64,000 bases of DNA from a virus. How positions within the stretch are numbered: the first letter of the stretch is position 1; every line of letters begins with the position of its first letter. The notes under the pieces are model-generated. The model made no database searches and was not told the origin of the DNA. It saw only the letters and a list, made by a program, of their open reading frames with translations. Positions 10,579 through 18,998 of the stretch are shown one piece after another. The DNA is taken from positions 1-64,000 of IMG/VR virus record IMGVR_UViG_3300032893_000735; one strand, given 5' to 3'. The position numbers and the translations under genes are program-made.

Positions 10579-10887
10579 CTAGGGCATCCTGGTCAGAACA
10601 AGCCGAATGTCGTCAGACAACCGGCCAATCTCCGTTTTCAAATCTTCCCGAAGCCCAGAAATATTCTCATTAACCTTTTCCAACTCCGCCTGAATATGCG
10701 GAAGATGGTTAGTCATAATCAACCTCGTATCATCCCTGGTGGACTCTATGCCCTCTCCAAAGCTGACTAACTTTCGTAGCCACGTGTAAAATCGGTACAT
10801 AAAGGTTGCGACTGCGGACCAGCCGATTAACTGCGCCCAATGCGCAGCCATCCAATCCATAGGGTTATACGTAGGGGTTGATTGCAT
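10579..10887 (-). CDS. Small membrane protein (holin/haemolysin-like)
   Basis: One TM segment followed by a coiled coil. Confidence 0.4.
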   Translation of the reverse strand: MQSTPTYNPMDWMAAHWAQLIGWSAVATFMYRFYTWLRKLVSFGEGIESTRDDTRLIMTNHLPHIQAELEKVNENISGLREDLKTEIGRLSDDIRLVLTRMP

Positions 10888-12179
10888 TAGCCTAATCTCT
10901 CTAGAATAATTGATTGTGGGATATAGGAGGCCGTTCCGGTCCCCGATTTTGTGAAAACCAAAGTAGGAGTCGCGGAAGCCGATGCATTGTAAAACACCAT
11001 GGACCCGAATCCATACCCTCCGACTACACTTGGTATGATTGATAGATTATTTGTTTGCGCGCCGTAGGTATCCGTGTAGGACCAGACGACCCCGATTTGA
11101 GATGATCCCGACGCGGCGGTGCATACGAAATACGTCGAGATTCTATAGCATCCGACCGGAAGCGCGGGGCTTGTGTAAGTATATGTGCCGGATGTCGGGG
11201 TAGTGCTAAGTACCGAACTAATCAGAGTAGGTACGGCAGAGGTGTTGGAAATTGTTATGTTTTGGCCAGCCGGAGTGATTGTGATATTCGTCCCGCCGAC
11301 CAGATTAACTACTCCAGATTCTCCGTTCAAGTAGTTGACCACCTGCCCGTTATTCTGCGGGGTGACCGTGGAAGGAGCGAATACAACTTCCAGAGAGTTT
11401 CCGGATGTAGGGGCGGCGGCAAAAACAACCATCCAGGCCCCATTCAGATAGTTCAACGTGTATGCGTAAGACGATCCGACCATCTGGAATAATCCAGCTT
11501 TGTACACATCGATATATGGCGTACTCGGGACTCCGTTAATAATCGTAAACGAAGTTGTCGATCCGTCTGCGGCGGGCGTAAGTTGGTACGCCTGTCTTCC
11601 GCTGTTTACCGAAGGATCAAACACCGCGATAACCGGAGTAACTGGAGCGGAGGCAAACACCACTGAGTACGCACCGTTAGTGATGTCCAGATTATACTTG
11701 GTAGAAGGAGCCTGGAAGACACCGTTCCCGTCGTATATATCCGCGTAGATACCCTGCGGAGTGACAGTCGGAAACGTAAACGTGGTCGGGTTTTGCTGGG
11801 CCAGCGTGAACTGCTGGCGGCTGTCTGTAGGGGAAGAGAAAGCTACGAAGACATTCGCCCCCGCAGACGGGGCTGTATTCAGAGACAAGGTGCTGCCGGT
11901 CAGTGTGAAAGCAGACGCCTGCTGTAGATACCCATTGATGTAAACATCCGCGTATGATACGTTTAGTCCAGTCGGAGCGTTTACTATCGTGAAGTTTTGA
12001 ACCGTCCCGTCCGGTGAGGGGGAAACCGTATAGGCATTCCGGATTGAGTTATTGCTTGTGGACAGTCCGAGAGTAACCGTTCCACCCGGTCCGACCTGCC
12101 CGCCCCCTGTGATAGGAGAGTTGGTTACTACGTTTACCGGGAGTCCGGGGGTAGCTTGCGGATAAATTTGCGGCATCAA
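10887..12179 (-). CDS. Tail fibre / baseplate-like structural protein
   Basis: Repeated DG..T.FT / VY.NG..Q modules and LNGESGVVNL fibre motif. Confidence 0.55.
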   Translation of the reverse strand: MMPQIYPQATPGLPVNVVTNSPITGGGQVGPGGTVTLGLSTSNNSIRNAYTVSPSPDGTVQNFTIVNAPTGLNVSYADVYINGYLQQASAFTLTGSTLSLNTAPSAGANVFVAFSSPTDSRQQFTLAQQNPTTFTFPTVTPQGIYADIYDGNGVFQAPSTKYNLDITNGAYSVVFASAPVTPVIAVFDPSVNSGRQAYQLTPAADGSTTSFTIINGVPSTPYIDVYKAGLFQMVGSSYAYTLNYLNGAWMVVFAAAPTSGNSLEVVFAPSTVTPQNNGQVVNYLNGESGVVNLVGGTNITITPAGQNITISNTSAVPTLISSVLSTTPTSGTYTYTSPALPVGCYRISTYFVCTAASGSSQIGVVWSYTDTYGAQTNNLSIIPSVVGGYGFGSMVFYNASASATPTLVFTKSGTGTASYIPQSIILERLG

Positions 12180-12919
12180 TCCCCCAGAGGCAAGTAGAAT
12201 AATGTGACGGTTATAGGAACAGTCGTGGCATTCAGATTAGTTACGGTTATGTAAATCGTAGAGGAAACTGGATTATCACCGTTATACCCAACCGCGACTG
12301 GGGAGCATATCCAAGGAGACTCGGTACTCAGCGCCAAACTAAAATCCCCGATGATTCCGTTTTCTGCCCCAAGAGAGACATATGTACTTGACGGCCTGCC
12401 TTGGTCCATAGTCTGAGATGCCGAAGTAGCATACAATTCGACTCTTGCCGGGGAGCTAACTGCGACCTTGTAAAGCAAGAACAACGGAGACATAGCCACT
12501 GAGGCCAAGTACGGAACTGATCCGCTAATAGCTGGGGTAACAAACCCGATATTAGTCGGAGTAGTTTGTATTGTCGTCGTGTTTGATGTACTTGCCCCCG
12601 AGGAAACAATTGTTGAGGTAGACCCTCCGCCGGAAACTACCGTTGTCGTTGTCGTACTAGACGAGCCTGTTGTTGCTTCTTGAAACAACGGAAGAGTTGC
12701 TATGATACGCGCCTGCGGAGTCAAACCGGAAGCATCATATGTGGACAGCGAATCAGGTGAAATTGAAAATGGCGGAACAGGACAACGTGAGTTCTGCGTG
12801 TTGTTTCCGAACAACGGAGCGGGCGGGGCAGTTGTCCGAAAAATGGACGGCTGTGTAGGAACTCTACGCGCCCCCAATTGCTCAAGAGACAAAGAAGTAG
12901 CTTGAGTAAGTGTGGGCAT
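12176..12919 (-). CDS. Structural protein (Ser/Thr-rich)
   Basis: 247 aa, coupled within the tail operon. Confidence 0.5.
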   Translation of the reverse strand: MPTLTQATSLSLEQLGARRVPTQPSIFRTTAPPAPLFGNNTQNSRCPVPPFSISPDSLSTYDASGLTPQARIIATLPLFQEATTGSSSTTTTTVVSGGGSTSTIVSSGASTSNTTTIQTTPTNIGFVTPAISGSVPYLASVAMSPLFLLYKVAVSSPARVELYATSASQTMDQGRPSSTYVSLGAENGIIGDFSLALSTESPWICSPVAVGYNGDNPVSSTIYITVTNLNATTVPITVTLFYLPLGD

Positions 12920-15900
12920 TAGAGTTCACCTGTGTCGCCGCCGAATATAGTCATAGCCAAAAGTTCGTTGGCATAATTCTCTGCGGGCCAAGAGAACTTC
13001 AACTGAAGGTGTCTGCAAACGGCAGGCTGTTGGGTTTCCGAGAAATAGAAACGGTCGTTGTACAGAGTAGAACTCGCCGGTAGCTGGGTCGGGTCCGGTA
13101 CGAACGTAGAAATCGTCTCGAATGGTCCGGAGATTTCGTCAATCAAAACGCCCACGGTCGGATGCGAACCTACCGCCATGCTGTCCAGAGTCACGAAGAT
13201 CAATTCCGCGAGTTGTCCCGGCTGTGCTAGAACAATGTTTCCAATAGTCCCGTATGCAGAGTAAGGAGTACCATTGTCCGTATGGACAGAATAATCCCTC
13301 TGCAAGATTGGCCCGGAACTAGCGGGTCCGATAAGAAGTTTATGTACGCCCGGAGTTACTTCGACCGATTGAACTGCTTGGCACCCACCCTGGATCGTAG
13401 CAAACGGTGACCAAGTTTCCCCAGATTCAGGAGCTGGAGTGGTCATCAAACGATACCACCCCGTCGCGCCGTCACTTACATAGACAGCTTGATCCTGGGT
13501 TCCGGCGACGTGCCAAGTTACGTAGGCAGAAGCGGGGTTGAAGTTCTGGAGTTTGTCACCGATAGCAACCCCCACTTGATTGACTCCAGCGTGTGGATTC
13601 AACTGTACGAACTGCCCGTCGGAAGTCAGGAAATAGATCAACGTACCGTTCATGTCCAGAGCATTGTATGACAGCAAACCAAGACCCTCGACATACGGAG
13701 TAGCAAAAAATGGACTAGATGCTGTTCCCTTCCCGGCGATAATGTAGATGTCGGACACGGTGAATACCAGCAGTCCGATGCTTGTAGGAACTAGACGCTT
13801 CACCAGAGACGGGAAAGTGAAAGAATTAGTCGGGTCCCATCCTTCATTCCCGTTGCCTGACGGTGTGTCTGGACCAGTGCTCCAATAAACTACATTACCA
13901 ACTGAGGCGAATAAACGGTTCAGGTGGTAAGTGAAATTTATAGCCCCAGACGGAGGCGGAGTGTTTTCGGACGCGAGAGAAGGAGAGATAAGGAAATTCA
14001 GGTCAGCATCTGCTGTGGTATCTGTGTATCCACTTTCCAAATACGTCGAGAGCGGGAGAGTATACGGCGTGTTCTGGTTGTACGTAGAAGGAATGAGATA
14101 GTAGGTAGCCCCGCCGTCCTTTGTCCGGAAAATGGCTACGTAATCTGCTTGTGAGTCGATCACAGAAGGAAGACCACCGCCTAAAGACACGCCAGACGCC
14201 CCGACGAAACTTCCCGTAGATGTTGTAGTAGGACCCGCCACGGATACGGTATCTGTCAGAGTATTGACCAAAGCAATACAGTAGCTCCAACCGCCCGCAG
14301 ACGTAGATATATTTCCGGCGGGAGGAACCAACGCTTTACCGTTGTTAATCCAACTTAGGTTTGGATTATCCGCCGTCAGACCATTAAGAGTCTTCGTAAA
14401 TGTTGGCGCGATTGTAGAAGTCGTGCCGGATTCAAACGGGACTTCCAAATACCCGTTCGCGTCCACGATACCAGCAGATCCGTTTGTGATGTAGTTGGTT
14501 TTGGTGTTCCAGGCAAAGTCAGTTACCGGCCCGATATTTGCCCACACCAATTGCCCAGACGTTTCGGTCGTAAGTGCGTAGCTAGGGGCGAAGGTCGAGC
14601 TGAACGGTTGCCAAGTCGGGGCGGACGCTCCGCTAACACGGGTCGTGGAAATAGTTCCGGGGACCGGGTTGACGCCGTTGACTGTGAGGGTCAGAACCTG
14701 CCCGGAGTGGTACCAATAATCGTAGTCAATTTCCAGTGGGTAAGTTCCAGCAGTCGGGATATTCACTACGAAGTTTTCGCTGAGGGTAGACCCTCCTGCA
14801 TTGGTGTTTGTCCCGCCTAAAACGGGGTACCCTTGAACCGCCGTAACCGTATTGTTGTTAGGATCATTTTTAGGCCCGCTTACATAGGTAGCCCCTCCCC
14901 CCATCCCCCAGAACATTCCGTCTTTGTGGGTGATGTTGATCGTGTAGTTACCAGCTTCGGGGAATACCAGATTTCCGAGGACCACCAAATCGTAAGTGTT
15001 TTTGTACGACGGGAATGGCGTAGTGTACCCAGTGGTATTACCCGACGAGTCCAGTGTCGCCCATTGGACAGGGTTTGCCCCCGCAGCCGACGTGTTCGGA
15101 GGATCGAACAAGAAACTGTTTCCGGTAGCCGAGGCTAAAGCTGACCCGGTAGACAATGGGTAGGAGTGGTTGAACCTAGTTACATTTCCGGTGCTGGTTC
15201 CTGTAAACAGGTACGCAGTCACGTTCCCAGAAATCTGGGTGGCCGCAAACGGTTCGAGTTGGTATACGCTCGGGACTCCGTTGGTCGGGGTAGCGGTAAC
15301 CAGCGCACCATTCGTGTAGCTGGTGTTTGGTTGCCATGTTGTGACGTTAGGAGTCGATGGATTCCACAACCCAACTTGCTTACAGGTCCAGGTTACGGTT
15401 CCGTCCGTGGTGGTAGCGTTTAGCGTGTTGGCCCAGGTAGGATGCCCTCCCGCCCCGTAGTACCCACTCTTTCCGCCAGTAGTTACCTTCTGTAAATTTC
15501 CATTGCTGTCGATGATCGAATCGAGCGGGGAGTAGTATGTAGTATCTGCCCACGAACTAGCGTTGGTGTTTACCTTTACGGACATGGATTGCTGGGTAGG
15601 TCCGGCTATCCCGAAGTTCTCAAGCGGCGAACCGCGATTTACCCACAGGTTCACGTTGTCCGTAGTTGTTCCGCCAACCGTGACGTTCCAAGTTGGTTGA
15701 GTCGCTCCAGAATACGGAGTTCCTCCGTCCACTACATAGCACGTACCGGTGTCAGAAGTTGGTCCATAATCTGGATAGACAAACGGGGCCTGAATCGTAT
15801 TCCCAGAGACGTTACTGATTGTAATGACTTGGTTCTGCGGGTTGTATTGGTTCAGGAAGGTAGCGCCGGTCAACCCACTGAAATTGATATTCAGGCCGGT

Positions 15901-16548
15901 AGTAACGTAGTTAGTTACGGATTCCGAAAACTGGACAGTCAGAACATCGCCTGAAATCTGAATCGATGAAACGGGCATCGCGCATTGGATAAGCTGCTGA
16001 AGATTACCGTTTGAATCGACGACAAACGTGTTCATTCCCGCGACAGTATACTTGGTGTTTGCCTGCCATCCAACAGGGTTCTGTACCCACTTTTTAAGGT
16101 CTACGCCGTTTCCGAAATAAAGGGTGTTGGCAACATATTGCATGTACGTCTGACCCGCGCCAGCAGATTTACTCCAGACAGCGATTTGGTTCGACCCCGT
16201 AGCATCATACAGAGTCGAAGCGGTGTCGGCCATCACCTTGATTGTTTCGGTGTTGGTATTAAACAAACGGAAGGAGTAGAAGTAGTCAATCGCAGAGAAG
16301 GTATTTGAATTGTAGACAGAACTTCCTGGACGCCGGATGCAAGTCAGCTTCTGGCTAATCTCAATGTTGGACCCGTCGATGAAGCAGTCGTTTCGCGCAC
16401 CGATGTACCGCTGCTCCATACGGGTAACTGGACCCTCGCGGAGTGGTGATCGGTTCGACCAAAGTCCCGAGGTAAAAATAGAATTGTACACGGGCACATA
16501 TTTAGTTGGCTTCGAGGATTGGCTCCCCGCCATCTGGAACTGATTCAT
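12919..16548 (-). CDS. Tail nozzle / tubular protein B-like, with inserted W..NT.Y repeats and a PA14-like domain
   Basis: 1209 aa; beta-propeller-like N- and C-terminal parts (HLNRLFASVGNVVYWS) around carbohydrate-binding-like repeats. Confidence 0.55.
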   Translation of the reverse strand: MNQFQMAGSQSSKPTKYVPVYNSIFTSGLWSNRSPLREGPVTRMEQRYIGARNDCFIDGSNIEISQKLTCIRRPGSSVYNSNTFSAIDYFYSFRLFNTNTETIKVMADTASTLYDATGSNQIAVWSKSAGAGQTYMQYVANTLYFGNGVDLKKWVQNPVGWQANTKYTVAGMNTFVVDSNGNLQQLIQCAMPVSSIQISGDVLTVQFSESVTNYVTTGLNINFSGLTGATFLNQYNPQNQVITISNVSGNTIQAPFVYPDYGPTSDTGTCYVVDGGTPYSGATQPTWNVTVGGTTTDNVNLWVNRGSPLENFGIAGPTQQSMSVKVNTNASSWADTTYYSPLDSIIDSNGNLQKVTTGGKSGYYGAGGHPTWANTLNATTTDGTVTWTCKQVGLWNPSTPNVTTWQPNTSYTNGALVTATPTNGVPSVYQLEPFAATQISGNVTAYLFTGTSTGNVTRFNHSYPLSTGSALASATGNSFLFDPPNTSAAGANPVQWATLDSSGNTTGYTTPFPSYKNTYDLVVLGNLVFPEAGNYTINITHKDGMFWGMGGGATYVSGPKNDPNNNTVTAVQGYPVLGGTNTNAGGSTLSENFVVNIPTAGTYPLEIDYDYWYHSGQVLTLTVNGVNPVPGTISTTRVSGASAPTWQPFSSTFAPSYALTTETSGQLVWANIGPVTDFAWNTKTNYITNGSAGIVDANGYLEVPFESGTTSTIAPTFTKTLNGLTADNPNLSWINNGKALVPPAGNISTSAGGWSYCIALVNTLTDTVSVAGPTTTSTGSFVGASGVSLGGGLPSVIDSQADYVAIFRTKDGGATYYLIPSTYNQNTPYTLPLSTYLESGYTDTTADADLNFLISPSLASENTPPPSGAINFTYHLNRLFASVGNVVYWSTGPDTPSGNGNEGWDPTNSFTFPSLVKRLVPTSIGLLVFTVSDIYIIAGKGTASSPFFATPYVEGLGLLSYNALDMNGTLIYFLTSDGQFVQLNPHAGVNQVGVAIGDKLQNFNPASAYVTWHVAGTQDQAVYVSDGATGWYRLMTTPAPESGETWSPFATIQGGCQAVQSVEVTPGVHKLLIGPASSGPILQRDYSVHTDNGTPYSAYGTIGNIVLAQPGQLAELIFVTLDSMAVGSHPTVGVLIDEISGPFETISTFVPDPTQLPASSTLYNDRFYFSETQQPAVCRHLQLKFSWPAENYANELLAMTIFGGDTGEL

Positions 16549-16599
16549 TCTGTACCTATAGGAGGGCCGTCCAGAAAATGGACTTTAGTTTATAAAGCT

Positions 16600-16628
16600 A
16601 TTGTAACACACAGTGTCAAGTCCGTCAA
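16600..16628 (-). promoter_or_regulatory. Promoter for the tail operon
   Basis: TTGACG-N17-TACAAT, plus a nested TTGACA-N8-TACAAT. Confidence 0.6.
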
Positions 16629-16653
16629 TTATGAGTTGACAACTTATGATCTG

Positions 16654-17049
16654 TCAAGACTTCTTGCTAAGTGCTTTCGCGTCGGCTTTAAGCGCGTCGT
16701 CTTTCGTCTTCATAACCTCTTTGTCGGGATGGTTCAGAGGGGAGTACACCGTGTAGAACTTCAGGGCCGAGGTCTTGGACTTGTTAATCACGTTATGCTT
16801 CATTCCAGCGGGCACTACAAAGGCATCCCCGTCCCGCCCGATATACACATTATCCCCGTCAAACACGAATATCCCGACGCCCTGCTCAACCCGGAAGAAC
16901 TGATCGACGGTATGGACCTCTTCGCCGACTTCTTCTCCGGGTTTGAGGGACATCAGAACTAGCTGGGAATGCTTGCCCGTGAAGAGGACTTTTCGGTAGG
17001 AGGAATTTTCACGAGTTAGTGTTTCTATGTCACCGTGGAAGTGTTTCAT
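16654..17049 (-). CDS. Cupin domain protein
   Basis: QLVLMSLKPGEEVGEEVH..DQFF..EQG and VPAG.KHNVIN motifs. Confidence 0.9.
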   Translation of the reverse strand: MKHFHGDIETLTRENSSYRKVLFTGKHSQLVLMSLKPGEEVGEEVHTVDQFFRVEQGVGIFVFDGDNVYIGRDGDAFVVPAGMKHNVINKSKTSALKFYTVYSPLNHPDKEVMKTKDDALKADAKALSKKS

Positions 17050-17075
17050 TGGCGTCCATTTTGTGGATAAAGCGT

Positions 17076-18173
17076 TTAGAATCCTGCACCTGGAGAATAG
17101 AACGCAGGCCCGTACGGCATCGCCGCCGTACCAAGCGCCTGGTATGGTGAGTAACTTCCCCCTAATATGCTCTGCTGGGTGAAAAACGCGAACTCCTCTG
17201 CCTGCCTATCTGCGCCACGTAAGGACTTCTCTAGTTGTTCCTCCCACTCCGCGTACATCGCATTACCCTCTGCTAAGTCGTTTTCACGAGTAAGGGCCGC
17301 TCTGCACCCGGCGCGAAGCAGGTAGTGCATGTAGTCCGGAATTTGTGATATGGGAGTTTGCAGCGTCGGAAGAATCTGAGGTGCGTGCTGCGCCTGAACC
17401 ACAACATACCAACAGAGTCCGTTCAAAGCAGGTAATGGGGAAACTCTCATGCAGTACGCCTCGGGGTCCGCTACCGACCACACAACCGACCCGTCCTGAA
17501 CCATAGTTCCCGGAGTCGCATCAGGCGGCGCGGCTGGCTGCGTGCTTCCAGATACGCCATACGGAAAGAATCCCGGAGGCGTGATGGTAGTTCCGGTATA
17601 CCCAGGTGACTCGATATTCAAACCTAACTGGGTCGAGTCGATGTACAGAATATTTCCGTTGACATCCTTGAACTGCTGGATTGGAGACTTAGGAAGAGTA
17701 GCTACTCCGTATCCGCAACCATAAGCCGTATTCGCCTGCCAAATCCCCATAAACGCCTGATAATTAGGAATATACGAAATACTCATCGGGATATTCTGGA
17801 TGGAGATTTGGGTTAGGTCTCGGACAGTTTGTAACTGCCTGATTGGTTTTGGTGCTCCGTTGGAGTTGGAGGTGGAGTTGTTAATATCCACGATCCAGGC
17901 ATTTTCCAGCCAGCCAATGTCCGTGACCTGGGTGCAATAGTCCTGTTGCAACGAGACGGTCAGGAACGGAGGGATTTGGAACCTGTTCCACTTCCAGGGA
18001 AGAGACTCATCGAGGATGCGTGAGATCGTCTCGTTGAGCAATGTGAGGAACGGCTCAGTTGAGTATCCCGCCGCTCCGCCCAGAAGATTGTAAAACTCTG
18101 GCTGGGCTTTGAGCTGATTGGCCATTGCTTGCCCGGTTATAGTGTTCGTCTGTGCGCCATTCAGGGTAGGCAA
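17076..18173 (-). CDS. Head-tail adaptor / tubular protein A-like
   Basis: PWKWNR...GWLENA...IPDYM shared with 22064-22774. Confidence 0.55.
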   Translation of the reverse strand: MPTLNGAQTNTITGQAMANQLKAQPEFYNLLGGAAGYSTEPFLTLLNETISRILDESLPWKWNRFQIPPFLTVSLQQDYCTQVTDIGWLENAWIVDINNSTSNSNGAPKPIRQLQTVRDLTQISIQNIPMSISYIPNYQAFMGIWQANTAYGCGYGVATLPKSPIQQFKDVNGNILYIDSTQLGLNIESPGYTGTTITPPGFFPYGVSGSTQPAAPPDATPGTMVQDGSVVWSVADPEAYCMRVSPLPALNGLCWYVVVQAQHAPQILPTLQTPISQIPDYMHYLLRAGCRAALTRENDLAEGNAMYAEWEEQLEKSLRGADRQAEEFAFFTQQSILGGSYSPYQALGTAAMPYGPAFYSPGAGF

Positions 18174-18925
18174 GGTATTTCTCCTTCATATTTTGAGCCC
18201 TTTAACTGGTTATCTTCGTACCACAGAGGCTGTAGGTTTTTATAGTTGCAAGCGACTAGGAATTGTTCTCTATTTGTTAAGTCAAACGCAGCTAGAGGTA
18301 TTATGTGGTCGATGTTCCATTTACCACAACCACGACCCCAATTTTCCCCGGTCATTCCATCCTTGAACTTTAATTTAAGATGGGATTTCAACTCGTCGAT
18401 AGAACACCCCAAATCGCGCACGAAAGATCCAACTTTTGTTCTGGTCTTGATAGCGCGTCCTAGACGGGATCTTAGGTATGATTTTATCTTGAAATTAAGG
18501 TCTCTCTTTATCCGTTCTTTTTTACGTATAGTAGCCTTCTCTATTTGTTCTTCTCTGTGCTCCGCGTAGTAGGCTCGTGTCTCTAGAATTGTTTTCTCTC
18601 TGAATTTCTCATCAGTGTGATATTTGTTTCGCTGAGCTTCATTTATTTTATCTCTATTCTCTTCATGATATTTATGAAGTCCGTCTAAGCGTTTTTGTCT
18701 GTCTTCATTTGATTCCGATAGAAGTTTTTCCCTTCTCCTTTTGTTGTGCTTCTCTCGCAGTTCGGGGTTATTTCTACGTCGTTCATTTTGGAGTTCATTC
18801 TTGCATTTCTTGCATCGGGAAGATCTTCCATCCTTTCTGCTGTTGTCGAGACAAAACTCCTCCAACGGTTTTTCTACGCCGCATTTGGTGCAAATTTTCG
18901 TTAGAGGAATTTCGTCTGTCGGCAT
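18161..18925 (-). CDS. HNH-type homing endonuclease
   Basis: CTKCGVEK Zn finger; WNIDHIIPL...NYKNLQPLW..DN..K. Confidence 0.85.
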   Translation of the reverse strand: MPTDEIPLTKICTKCGVEKPLEEFCLDNSRKDGRSSRCKKCKNELQNERRRNNPELREKHNKRRREKLLSESNEDRQKRLDGLHKYHEENRDKINEAQRNKYHTDEKFREKTILETRAYYAEHREEQIEKATIRKKERIKRDLNFKIKSYLRSRLGRAIKTRTKVGSFVRDLGCSIDELKSHLKLKFKDGMTGENWGRGCGKWNIDHIIPLAAFDLTNREQFLVACNYKNLQPLWYEDNQLKGSKYEGEIPCLP

Positions 18926-18998
18926 CTACTCTCCTCGTCCATTTTCTGGATTGCTCCTAGTTAATCCGGCTGGGCCGGGTATCGTCGTGCGAACAACA